Below are positions 12,600-23,340 of a DNA stretch of 64,000 nucleotides, one piece after another. This DNA is from Podarcis filfolensis (taxonomy: Eukaryota): NCBI GenBank assembly GCA_964270895.1, contig OZ185444.1. One strand, given 5' to 3'. Position 1 is the stretch's first letter. Each line of letters starts with the position of its first letter. The notes beneath the pieces were generated by a model. The model did no database searches and had not been told where the DNA came from. It worked only from the letters and a program-made list of their open reading frames with translations. The position numbers and the translations under genes are program-made.

Positions 12600-13800
12600 C
12601 CGCAAAATGCCTAGGTCCCGCTAGATTACGAGGCCCTGGGCTGCAGCCCGTATGTAAACCCGGCACTAGATGACCCTCGACGTGATCCCTTCCAACTCTA
12701 CAATTTTGTCAAGTCCCGCGGAACTAAACGGGGGTGGGGAGCAGCAGCGGCACCAAGCACGCCTGGAAACGCGTTCCTGCGGTGGTTAGAGACCCGAGCC
12801 GAGCTTCTCCTTCGAGCCCAGCTCTCCCAGCCCTCCTCCGCGGTCCTGCTTAGGATGGCAGTCCTTTCCCCATGCCGACGCCCACCTCCCGCTGGGGAGA
12901 GAGGGAGCTGCAGAACTGCCTCCCGTGGCGTGGCCGCCTCCCCACCCAGCCTCGGGCGGCTGCTTCTTTCCCCTCCTAGTATGCGTGGCAGCCTCCACGC
13001 CTCCCCCCCTCTCGGGCGCCTTAGGGAATTCGGGGCGGCGCTGGGAGAGGGGCGGGCAGGAGGAAGAAGCGCGCTCGAAGCCCCTGCCTCCTTCCTTCCT
13101 TCCCTCCCTCCTTCCTTCGTGCCTCGGACTGAATGGGGGAGGCAGCGTCGAGGCCGGCTGCAGTGCGCTCGCTCCTGCTATTCTCGCCCGCGCCGTCGAC
13201 GTTCCGCCTCCATCATCATCGGCGAAGCCCGGCGGCTCGCGGCGCCCAGCAGCATCGAGCGCAGCATGTCTTCGGCCAAACAAAGGAGCGGCAAGGGCGG
13301 CAGCTCCGCGCCGTCCGACAAGGGAGCCCATTCAAACCTCCCCGATGACGTGGCAAAGAAGCAGCAGCAGCAGCAGCAGCAGCAAAACCAGCCTCACGCC
13401 AAGGGGAGCAAAGGAGGCGCCTCGGCTGCTGGAGGGGGCAAAGCCTCCTCGTCGTCGCCGTCCTTCTGCAGCCTGGCCAAAGCCTTCAACTTCCTCTTGT
13501 CCCTCGCTCTCATAGCCGCGGCTGCTTTCTCGGGCTATTTCGTCCATCACCTCTCCGAAGAAGTGAACCGGATCAGCGTCCGGCAAGAAGGCTTCGGGAG
13601 CCAGCGGGAGGAGTTGGCCCGCGCCTTGGAAGGGGCTGTGCAAAAGGTATTGGGGGAGGAGGCTCACTGGCTCTGCATTTTCTTAAAACTTTTTGCCAAG
13701 TTGCAGGGGGGTGAGGGGTGCCGTCGGGGTGGGACTTTGGCTCCGAAGTCCAGGGCCTTGCTCTGTATTTTGGAATAAGTGGAGTGATCGACGTCGTCTC
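12600..13800 (+). promoter_or_regulatory. CKAP4: CpG island, CKAP4 promoter and exon 1
   Basis: High GC and CpG density, with a GGGGCGGG GC box near 13048-13055 upstream of the ATG. Confidence 0.75.
13266..13646 (+). CDS. CKAP4: CKAP4/CLIMP-63 coding exon 1 (cytosolic tail, transmembrane helix, start of luminal domain), 127 codons
   Basis: Reads MSSAKQRSGKGG...DDVAKK Q8...FCSLAKAFNFLLSLALIAAAAFSGYFVHH...QREELARALEGAVQK, closely matching CKAP4. ATG at 13266 in context agcATGt. Phase-0 donor AAG|GTATTG at 13647. Lies in a CpG island. Confidence 0.95.
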
Positions 13801-14576
13801 CTGGAGTTCTCTTCCTTCTCCCCCAAAGGATCATTAAAGCCAAAGTCTTACAAATTATGTGTCTCTGCACCCCTAGGCTGAGTGCAGGCCTTGCAATGGT
13901 CTCCCCGCCCCCTCTGAGGCCTCTGGTGAATGCGATGGGGTGGGGATGTAAGCCAGGAGGAGAAAGTTGGCGAGGACCTCCAAACTTTGCAAGGGCGACT
14001 TGGTTCAGGAGAATGCCTGGCACTTGTGGCGCCCCAGTTGGATGTGCCAAACGTTCATTTGAATGGAATCATGGGAATAGCTTGGATTGTGAACAGCTTT
14101 TGCCTGGGAGTGTTTTTATTCCTTGTGAGGAAAATTCTGGGAGGGAAAGCACTCAGGCCTCAGCAGCCAGTTCCCATCTTCCTGTGGATTCTGTTTGCAC
14201 CATGTTTTGTGTTTCCTTTCGGGCCTGGGAAATCCCCATCCTAAATCAGTCATCCAGTTTAGCATCTTCCAAAACTTGTCCTCATGCACGGAGTATCAAG
14301 CCAGTGCAGTCTCACCTTTCCACCGTGTTGCATAACTTGCAGTTATGGCCGCTCGTGCAAGATCCTTGGCATGACTCTTAGAACACGTCTAGGCCCCGCC
14401 TTCAGTTTTGCCTTGCACCCCTTTTAATTTTTTTTCTTTAATTTTCTTTAATTTATTTAATTTTAATTTCATTAACTTATGAATTGTTTTCCATGAACCA
14501 TCCGTAAGCCCTTAACAATAAAACATCAATAATAAAAACAATTAAAATCCTTATAGATGCAGACCAGGATAAGAAT

Positions 14577-14715
14577 CAGGGTGTGGGGAACATTTGGACC
14601 TCCAGAGGTTGCTGAACTACAACTCCCATCATCTTTGTCCATGGGCCAAGCTTGCTGGGACTGATGGCAATTGTAGTTTGGTAACCTCTGGATGGCTAAT
14701 GGTTCCCCACTCCTG
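14577..14715. mobile_element. ~140-bp hairpin hAT-type MITE
   Basis: cagggtgtggggaac...gttccccactcctg termini with the ctacaactcccatc motif. Confidence 0.68.
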
Positions 14716-15227
14716 ACTTAAAAGGAAAGGTATTTTGTAAGTGCTGATCATGTACATGACAGGGGCAGCACTTGTCTGAGACGTCACGGGAGGGAATTCC
14801 AAAGGGTCGGCCCGTTAAACGGTTGAGTCATACATTGTACAGACTGCACCTTCTGATGAGAAGGCATCTGCAATGGGTGAGATGATATTTTAGGTAAAGG
14901 AAGCCTTTGCCAATCAGGTGTCCACCAGATGTTTTAGGCTATGGCTGCACTGGCTGTTGGGAATTGTAGTCCAAGCATCTGGAAGGCACTAAGTGGGCAA
15001 AGGCTGGTTAAAAGAAACCTAAGGGGTGGTATCCAACAGAGGAGATCCACTAGGGCAAGGATTTCTGATGGTGCAGTGGAGCTTCCCTTGCCACTCCCTG
15101 GTGCCCCTGAATTGAGCACCCTTGCAGGGCGAAATTACATTGCATAAGCAGACATTCTTGCACTAGAGAATCTACATGGTTGGATACTACACAAGGTTCT
15201 TCATATGTTATATAGAGATTTAACCAT

Positions 15228-15851
15228 GTAGGTCACATTTGCGCCATACATAAAGCGGCGTTTCTGAAATAATTCCGGGAACTGTAGTTCGTTAAGGGAG
15301 CTGAGAGGTCCCCCCCCCCAATTTTTTTTATTGATTTTCACATTTATCACAAAGAAAAAAGAAAAACATTACAAAACACAGAACAGAGAAAATACACACA
15401 CAAAAACCACAAAAAAGAATTATTACTTCAAATCCCTAATTTCATTACATTGATAACTGACTTCCTCAAGTCCCCTCTAACTGAATTTCATTATATCACC
15501 TGTTTAACAGTTCTCCAAATTCATATTTCTAATAATATTAACTCCTTTCAGGAGCTGAGAGTTTTTAGGATACTGGTGTTCCCTTCACTGAATTATAGTT
15601 AAACAAAGAAACAATCCCTCTTCGTAGGATATACTGGGAATTGTAGCTCTTTGAGAGGAGTGGGGTCTCTTAACAGCTGTCTTAACAGTGCTGTTTTTCT
15701 AGAAAAAGAGGTTCCAGATCTCACCATGAGCACCTCCCCTATTCTCGTAAAATAGCAAGGGTGCCCACCTAAGAGGCGCTGGAACAGTTCTGGCAAGTTC
15801 CAGCTGGAAAAAGTGGCATCACGTTGCTTTAAATTTATGGTGTGAATACCT
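15228..15851. mobile_element. Second copy of the same Harbinger-like MITE family, interrupted at 15308-15550
   Basis: Ends taggtcacatttgcgccatacataaagc / gctttaaatttatggtgtgaataccta, with the shared internal gggaactgtagttcgttaaggg motif. Confidence 0.58.
15308..15550 (-). mobile_element. 5'-truncated retrotransposed 3' end (L1/Tx1-like) with AATAAA and a G-run tail
   Basis: 11-bp TSD GGAGCTGAGAG at 15297-15307 and 15551-15561. The minus strand ends ...tcAATAAAaaaaattGGGGGGGGGGac. The family is not identifiable from sequence alone. Confidence 0.55.
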
Positions 15852-16696
15852 ATGTTGGTGTAGCTCCAGTTGTCCTTGGGGTCAGGCTCCTAAGAGTGTT
15901 TAGCTGCAAAGTTAAAAGCATTCAATAGAAACCATTTAACTCTACATTATAGTTAACTATTACCAAGAACGAATTTAGACATGCCCTTGGCAGAGAGTTT
16001 ACTCTGCCAACTCATGGAGTAAATGCTGGCTGTGAAAGTGAATAGTTTAGTTTTTGGTTTTTTAAAAAAATGTCCTCCACATCTACTTCCTACAAAGTAA
16101 GGGTGGCTGAAGAAATTTGCATTTCTAAGGCTGATAACATCCATAATGCTCCTAAATTAATGCCTTGTTTTGTGCCAGCATGGCATTCTAAATATTATGA
16201 TAGGGAAGTCTGCATTCTGCTGGAGTGACACCCAGTGGGGCCATTATTTTGTTGTATTGCTGCTTATTAAGGGAAGGACCATGATCCCTTGCTGCGCACA
16301 CAGATTCTTGTGAGTAGTGTGCGTAATTGCAGAGAAAATATGAAACCCAGCAGATTTTAATCCAACATTGATTTTGGGATTGTTTGGAACGCAACTTTTT
16401 ATTTTTTTATTTTTTACTACTCACATTTTTACTGGTGGTAAATGGGCAGCTGGTAGAGATGTTTTAACAATGGTGTCACATGTCGTTGGCCGTCTGGCTG
16501 CTGCATTCTGCACTAGTTGGAACCCAGCCCAAGGGCAGCTCCATACAGAGCTCATTGCAGTAATCCAGACTTGAGGGTACCAATGCATGGACTACAGTAG
16601 TCAGGCTGTTCCTGTCAAGGAACAGCTATGGCTGGCGAACCAGACAGATCTGATGAAAGGCACTTCTAGCCACATAGGCCACTTGGGCCTCTAGTA

Positions 16697-17299
16697 CATG
16701 GGTCGGCAAACTAAGGTCCGTGGGCTGGATCAGGCCCAATTGCCCTCTGTATCCAGCCCATGGGCGGTTGTGAAATCGCCACTTGGCTCGGTCTGATCGT
16801 TCGAGCTGCGCCATTTTTTTGAAATTTTTTTCCTCGGCTGCCCTCCCCCCCCCCATGGCGGCAGCTCCTCTCTTCCGCCTCCTGGCTTCTCCCTTCCCTG
16901 CAGAGGAAGGGAGCTGGGCTTTGATTGGTCCCAGCCAATCTGAAGCCTCGTCGCCTGCGTGCTGAAGCCCGGCCCAAACTCGCCACCCGCCTATCGGCCT
17001 CTCCGTCCATGGCCATGCTGTGGGCATCATGACGAGGCTTCGGCTGGAGCTTGGCATGCCTGCTGGCCCTGTGCCTGATGCCCGGGAAAGCTGGCTCGGA
17101 AATGAGAGGAGGCGGCGCCGCCGCTGGCGGCTCCCAACCACAGGCAGAGCAGTGGAGGAGGTAGGAAAGCAAGGGGAGGGGCTGGGGGAGAGAGAGAGAA
17201 AAGCCCCCCTCCATCGTGTGCGCATGCGCTCGCAGTCTGGCCCGCCACAAGGTCTGAAGGGCGGTAACCGGCCCCCTCCTAAAAAAGTTTGCTGACCTT
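16697..17299. mobile_element. hAT (Charlie-like) non-autonomous element
   Basis: TIRs catgggtcggcaaact / agtttgctgacc. 8-bp TSD CTCTAGTA / CTCTAGTG (16689-16696, 17300-17307), resembling the NTCTAGAN hAT target. GC-rich interior explains the cluster of chance ORFs. Confidence 0.72.
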
Positions 17300-17317
17300 C
17301 TCTAGTGCTGAGGAGTA

Positions 17318-17551
17318 CAGTGGTACCTCTGGTTAAGAACTTAATTCGTTCCAGAGGTCCATTCTTAACCTGAAACGATTCTTAACCTGAAGCGTTCTTT
17401 CACTAATGGGGCCTCCTGCTGCTGCTGGTGCGCGATTTCCGTTCTTATCCTGGGGCAAAGTTCTTAACCTGGAGCAATCACTTCCTGGTTAGTGGAGTTT
17501 GTAACCCGAAGCGTCCCTAACCCGAAGCGTCTGTAACCTGAGGTACCACTG
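17318..17551 (-). mobile_element. Tigger/pogo-like MITE
   Basis: TA-CAGTGGTACCTC...GAGGTACCACTG-TA, in reverse orientation relative to 12166. Confidence 0.88.
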
Positions 17552-17647
17552 TATTCCTGACTGTCGTTGGTGCATCAATATTATTTTAGAAGCATTGTGA
17601 CCAGTTGCTGTGCGTATTTCATGTGCTTTCCAGCATAGAATCTAGAC

Positions 17648-17832
17648 CAGCAGTTCTCAAACTTTTTTCTCTGGGCCACACTTTCAGAATAAAAACTTGC
17701 TCGTGCCACACCAATTTTTTTATCGATAAGAAGTACATTGGAAAACAAAAAGAAATAGCTCCCAGAAGTGCTTGATTTATAACAGAACGCTTCCTTTCTT
17801 GCCACATGCGCTAAATCCTTTGAGAACCGCAG
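17648..17832. mobile_element. hAT-type MITE
   Basis: cagcagttctcaaact...tttgagaaccgcag termini, preceded by tctagac. Confidence 0.65.
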
Positions 17833-18115
17833 ATCGATACATTAGCACCTAATTTATGTGCGGAGACAGATGCATGGGGAGAGTCATCCCCATAGATCTG
17901 ATCTGCCATTAAGTGCAGAAGATTCCTGTCCCTGTTCTGCTATTATTCAGAATTGCTGAATGGAGGAAGTTAAAGCCTTTTATGCACTTAAATCATGTGC
18001 TCTAACATGGACGTATGGCTCTACATCCGATTTCTGAGGCTAGATTCTGGTTCCGCAACTAAGCACTGCAGAGTATAAGATTAGAAAGGATAAGCACCCC
18101 AGACAAAACACGTTT

Positions 18116-18228
18116 GGATAGCTCAGTTGGTTGGAGCATGGTGTTGATAATGCCAAGGTCGCAGGCTCGATTCCTGTATTTGAGCTAGATGGTCCTCAGG
18201 GCTCTTCCAACACTACAATTCTATGATT
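18116..18228 (+). mobile_element. tRNA-Ile-derived short SINE with CR1-like tail
   Basis: Head ggatagctcagttggttggagcatggtgttgataatgccaaggtcgcaggctcgattcc (A and B boxes), then ctagatggtcctcagggctcttccaacactacaattctatgatt. Related tails at about 4240-4340, 12610-12710 and 33480-33550(-). Confidence 0.68.
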
Positions 18229-18458
18229 ATTTGAATTGGAAACTTACTCAGTCTAAATGATTGAATCATGGGTGCATCAACATAGCTTTGTGCAGATAAG
18301 TGCACTTGAACTCTCATTAATTTTCGTCCACTAACGCTGCTCACTTAGTTCCATTCCACTGCTCATTTCCCCCTATCTGGCTTCCTGTGAGCCTTGTAGA
18401 ACTTCCTGCGATGCGTGCTCCATGTCTAGATTTACCTATATGTGCTTTTCTCTTTTAG

Positions 18459-19784
18459 GTGCAGTCTCTTCAGTCTGCGTTTGGAGGTTTTGAATTGACG
18501 CTGAAAAATGCTCAGCAGAAACAAGAAGTCACAGAGAAGGCTGTTAGGCAAGGGGAGGGAGAGATCGCACGCATTGGTGAGGTTCTTCAGAAACTGCAAA
18601 ATGAAATTCTGAAAGACCTGTCTGACGGCATCCACGTTGTAAAAGACGCCAGAGAGCGAGATTTCACGTCGCTGGAGAACACCGTGGAAGACAGGCTAAC
18701 TGAGTTAACTAGGTCGATAAACGACAATATTGCCGAATTCACAGATGTTCAGAAACGGAGCCAGGAGGAAATCAATGAAGTGAAAATGAAGGTGGCTTCC
18801 CTAGGGGAAGCAGAGGTGTACAAACATGAACTTCATGCTTTGAAAGGCGTTGTTGACGAGATGCAGACATCCATGAAAGCAAAAGAGAAGACTATAGAGT
18901 CCTTGAAAAGTATGATAGATTTGATGGAATCAGATGTGTTGTCCGAAGTCAAAGAACTGGTCAATCTCAAGCAGGAGCACGAAAAGTTCAAAGAGGTGGC
19001 CGACGCAGAGCACATTTCATTGCAAACTCTACAAGATAAAGTTCTTAAAGCAGAAGAGGCTATTGGACATCTCCCTGGTGAGCTTGAGAGACTCCGGGAA
19101 GATCTTGTGCACATCAAGACTTCTGCCAATGCGCAAGAAGGTGATGCTCTTTCCAGAGACATCGTAGCGACTCTGCAAATGAACAGTGAAGGGTTTGAAT
19201 CCAGGTTCAGGTCCATAGAAGAGAGCCTTGAGGCTTTGAGGTCACCATCTGCACAAGACACTGAAGAAATGGAATCTCTTCTCTCCAAGTATGACAGCAA
19301 GCTAGCTGCTTTAGAGGAAGAGCTAGGCTCCATCCGGGGTAATTTAGAGAAAGAGGTGCGTTCCGTGACAGATACCGTAAGGAGCCTGAGTGAATCTCAG
19401 CTCTCCATGTACAGTGATGTTGAGGAGCTAAGGAGGAGCGTGAGCGACTTCCCAAACAATGCCGATGCACTTGATAACATCCAGAAACAAGTCCGTGCTC
19501 TGCTGGATAAAGAAAAGCCTCAGATGGATGCAGGGCAGTCCAGAGATAATGTAGGAGAACTCTCTTCTGTGATAGGCTATGTTGATGAGCTGCGATCTTC
19601 TCTCGGCCAGGCTGAATCGGACTTAAAAATGCTCAGGACTGCAGTTGACAGTCTGGTTGCTTACTCTGTGAAAATAGAAACCAACGAGAATGACGTTCAG
19701 TCGCTGAAGAGCTCCTTTGAGGATGTAAAGAAGGACCTGGACAGGTTGTTTGTGAAAGTAGAAAAGATACATGAAAAGGTTTAG
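18459..19784 (+). CDS. CKAP4: CKAP4 coding exon 2 (luminal coiled coil), 441 codons plus TAG; spliced protein 568 aa
   Basis: Acceptor tgtgcttttctcttttAG|GTG at 18457-18458. Translation includes VLQKLQNEILKDLSDGIHVVKDARERDFTSLENTVEDRLTEL and ends LRTAVDSLVAYSVKIETNEN...DLDRLFVKVEKIHEKV*, hallmark CKAP4 segments. In frame with exon 1. Confidence 0.97.
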   Translation: MQSLQSAFGGFELTLKNAQQKQEVTEKAVRQGEGEIARIGEVLQKLQNEILKDLSDGIHVVKDARERDFTSLENTVEDRLTELTRSINDNIAEFTDVQKRSQEEINEVKMKVASLGEAEVYKHELHALKGVVDEMQTSMKAKEKTIESLKSMIDLMESDVLSEVKELVNLKQEHEKFKEVADAEHISLQTLQDKVLKAEEAIGHLPGELERLREDLVHIKTSANAQEGDALSRDIVATLQMNSEGFESRFRSIEESLEALRSPSAQDTEEMESLLSKYDSKLAALEEELGSIRGNLEKEVRSVTDTVRSLSESQLSMYSDVEELRRSVSDFPNNADALDNIQKQVRALLDKEKPQMDAGQSRDNVGELSSVIGYVDELRSSLGQAESDLKMLRTAVDSLVAYSVKIETNENDVQSLKSSFEDVKKDLDRLFVKVEKIHEKV

Positions 19785-21245
19785 CTACCTAGTGTAGAGC
19801 ATGTGTAAGTATTGAACTGCAAAACCAAAAATAGTTTTCATAGGCCAAAGAGTTTTGTTGCTGTTGTTGGGGGAAGTGGAATATTGGTGGGTTTGAAACT
19901 AAAATCTATTGGTGCCGTTTTAAGAATCGTAACACGTTCTAGTTAGGCCCTCATAATTTTTTTTGTTTCCTTCAGTTGCTAGGACAAATCGTTTTGCTTC
20001 TGCTGTTTAATCCACAGTACAAGAGGAGGAAGCCAAATTATGACAACTGTTGCCTTGATCCATTGGCAAACATGGGGGCTCTGTTATTTGAATGAAGGAA
20101 GTAGACTTGAGTGTGCTTGGCGTTGCACATTCAGATCTGCTTCATCCAATCAAATAAAGCAGCTGGTGCGTGCAGGAGCCTTGTGCGTACAGCTGAGTGT
20201 GTGCAGGGCTCTGCTCACGGCTAAGAAGAAAAATGTTATTGTGTAATCCAATTCAGGATGTGGACTCCCCGAAATTGGGTTGAGGCAACTTTGCAGCTCT
20301 TAGAATCAGTATTGCTATTCCAAAGAGCACACATCTTCTGGTGCTTTGGAATTGTCCAAGGTGGATAAAAAATGGCAATAATGGATAGAACTTAGCCATC
20401 AACCAGTCTTGTTGGGACCATTTATGGATTGAAGGCTGGATTTTCAGTTGTGATGCCCTAATTCGTTCTGCAGGGAGCTATAGGAACCAAGTCAGGGAGA
20501 TGAAACAAACCAGCTAAATAAAAATGTGCCATTTTGATTGTCATGCCAGAAAGAGTGGGTAGCGAACACAGAATTGTTTCCACACACACGCACACTCCAG
20601 TTCGTTTTTAACATGTCCTCTGTGCTGCAGCAAAGTATAATATGTATTACTAAGATCCACACGAAGTGCCTGATCTTATTGTTGACTTTGATGAAATAGA
20701 ATTGGACCTCAGCCTGATTTTTTATATATAAAAAATAACTTGGGTCGTGGGCAAATGTTGAAAGAATGAGAAGTATTAAAAACTGTTGTTCATTTTTAAG
20801 AACCACTGAACATGGACTGGATCCTTGTTTTACTTCCGTTAAGAAAAAGTTTGCATTTTTGTTTTTCACTTTTTAAAAAATTTGTATGTTTAGAAAGGTA
20901 CCTAATTTTAGGAACAGGCTTTTTTGGTTTTTTGGAAGCGTTCTGCACATAAAGACCTCTTCACGTACAAAGAGGTTAGCACTTACTTTTGGAAACAGTA
21001 CAGCATCAGGGGTGATGGAGACAGAGAAGATGTCTGGCCATATCCGGGTGTTGTCAGCAATGTGTGTATTCAGAAACTGCCTCCAAGGGACCCTAAGCCT
21101 TAAAAGCCAAGGAAGATCCACGGTATTGAGATCAGCTGTTACTTTCCTAAGCTGCTCTTCACCGATTTTTCCTTTTGTGAGTCTTGAACAATGGTATAGT
21201 TGACTGTGAAATTAACTTTTCCCAGTATCTGTAATGCCTAATAAA
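19785..21245 (+). other. CKAP4: Probable CKAP4 3' UTR with candidate AATAAA signals at 20153, 20517 and 21240
   Basis: AT-rich, repeat-poor sequence after the stop codon. Three AATAAA hexamers seen; which one is used cannot be determined from sequence. Confidence 0.4.
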
Positions 21246-22316
21246 CAGTTGGAATTTCTGTTAATGTATATCGTGAACATTTTTTGGGATGCAATATGAA
21301 AGTGCTTCTGCACATTTGTGGAAGGTGGGCATAGCAATTGGTCAGGGACTGGCAGGACACTGATGAGTATGCACTGGGAGAAGGGGGGCTGGATGAACAC
21401 CCAAAACAAGCAATAAATCATATCCCTTGTATGACCTAAGTATTTTTGCTAACTTCTCAAAGCTGCATGAAAATTCACATTTAAATACACATTCCTAAAT
21501 GCATTTTCCTCTCCAAATGCACCATTCCAAATGTATTTTGATAATGCTTTCTTTGGACTGCGAACTGCAGTTCACTGGTTTTTGTGTTTTCTGAACATTG
21601 TACGTTCCAATCTGTTCCATTAGTCCAGAACTGTGGATCAGGCCAGTTCCATCTGAATCGGCACAGCTCAGATTCTTCCAGCCTAGCTTTTGCTTACCAG
21701 TGTTTCCAGTCATCAACAGAAATAGCTAAGTGGTTTATATAACCACAATAGAAAATGTTTCTGTTTTGCCTGTGCTTTGTTTTTCAGTTCCCTCCCCCAG
21801 CCCATCTTGCTCCTCATCACATCAGTTCATCTCTTTCCTGTCATTATTTAGCCCTGAAGGGGAAGATGGGATGTTCAATGCCCTCCATGTCCCTCATGAA
21901 AGAATTCCAGAGCTGAAATGGAATTTTCAAAACATTTTTTGGGCTGCTGCTCAAGGCTTTTCATCAAATTTGTGCACACATCTGAAAAGGGAAAGTGGAT
22001 TCCGAATTGGAAGCTCAACCTATGAGACTGCACAGTTTCAGGGTCCAGATCTTTATAACTTTGCTGGTTCCCCTCTCCCAGCAAGTGTGCAAACAAATGA
22101 ATCACAGTTGTGTTTAACGTTTTTCTTCTTTTAGATGCTTGTCTTGGTAAGCTCAAAAGCGAAACTTCTTGATTGAGGATGCAATCTAATGCACATACTT
22201 TCTGGAGTAAGCTCCATTGAAGAAGCCAGATTTCTGGAAAAAATCATCCTTTACATCTTTGCCCTGCTTCATGTTATACAAACCTTGGTTCTAGTCTGTG
22301 CTGTGACGACTATTTA

Positions 22317-22556
22317 CAGTGGTACCTCAGGTTAAGAACTTAATTTGTTCTGGAGGTCCGTTCTTAACCTGAAACTGTTCTTAACCTGAGGTACAACTTT
22401 AGCTAATGGGGCCTCCAACTGCCACCGTGTCGCCGTCATGTGATTTCTGTTCTCATTCTGAAGCAAAGTTCTTAACCCGAGGTATTATTTCTGGGTTAGT
22501 GGAGTCTGTAATCTGAAGCATCTATAACCTGAAGCGTCTAACCTGAGGTACCACTG
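22317..22556 (-). mobile_element. Tigger/pogo-like MITE
   Basis: TA-CAGTGGTACCTCAGGTTA...CCTGAGGTACCACTG-TA. Confidence 0.88.
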
Positions 22557-22850
22557 TACCTATAACAATTTGTTACTTTCAGGCCAACCTCTGTGCAAAG
22601 AGCTGAGTCAGGTGTACATGAACCCACAAATTCTGAGAAGTTGGATAAATTGAAAACGACTTGGTTGGGGGTGGGGTCACCCAGCAAGCTTCCCTGCTAT
22701 GTGGGAATCTCAGCCTGGGCTGTCAAAGCGCAATACATACGCCGTTGTAAGACTAGACTGATAGCAAGACTTTGATGGAAAGGTTGCTACAGAAGCAATG
22801 GGAGAATATATCTTCAGCCTGCAACCTTACCTATCTTAAGCTGTCAAGAT

Positions 22851-23137
22851 CAGGGCCGGCCTGACCATTAGGCAGCTTCCTCAGGAATAAAATGTTAGGG
22901 GCTGTGGGTGACAGACCCCTGGCTATTCCTCTCTGTGGAGGACATAGTTCTGTGTGTGCCCCACCACCTGCCCCACACCATCTAAGCTAGTCCGCTGCCC
23001 TCTGACACTGGGGAGGACACTGTCCTGTCCCGAGTACTGAAATCTGATTCAGCTGCCATGCTGATCAGCTTCTGCAGATGGAATGCAGGACGGATCATCC
23101 TTTGCCTCAGGCAGCAAAATGTCTTGGGCTGGCCTTG
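22851..23137. mobile_element. hAT (Tip100/MER45-like) non-autonomous element
   Basis: TIRs cagggccggcc / ggctggccttg. Perfect 8-bp TSD GTCAAGAT at 22843-22850 and 23138-23145. Confidence 0.78.
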
Positions 23138-23340
23138 GTCAAGATAAACAGCAGGAGTACATTTTAAAAAACAGCCTTGAAGTAATGTAGCCTGTATACA
23201 CTGTAAACATGAAGCAGCATTGCGTCAGAAAAAGGGAGGGTGCTCTGCAAGTGATGAGGAGGGAAAAGGAAGCTGGACATGGCATTGAAGACCTGCTCCC
23301 AGATATCCATTAGTGATAATGAAGTTTTTAAAGGTGGACA

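Noticed and set aside
12855-13265. In-frame ORF extending 137 codons upstream of the CKAP4 ATG
   Set aside because: GC-rich promoter sequence lacks stops by chance. The peptide shows no CKAP4 similarity, and similarity begins at MSSAKQR (13266).
13647-13778. ORF continuation past the CKAP4 exon 1 donor
   Set aside because: Read-through into the intron after a consensus donor; the homologous protein continues in exon 2.
16626-17295. ORFs of 179-199 aa
   Set aside because: They lie inside a GC-rich non-autonomous hAT element and show no transposase motifs.
18116-18180. Possible tRNA-Ile(GAT) gene
   Set aside because: No acceptor stem, mismatched arms and a CR1-like tail follow, so it is a SINE head rather than a tRNA gene.
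18833-19333. 166-aa antisense ORF in CKAP4 exon 2
   Set aside because: Shadow ORF of a coiled-coil coding strand, Ser/Leu-rich with no independent support.
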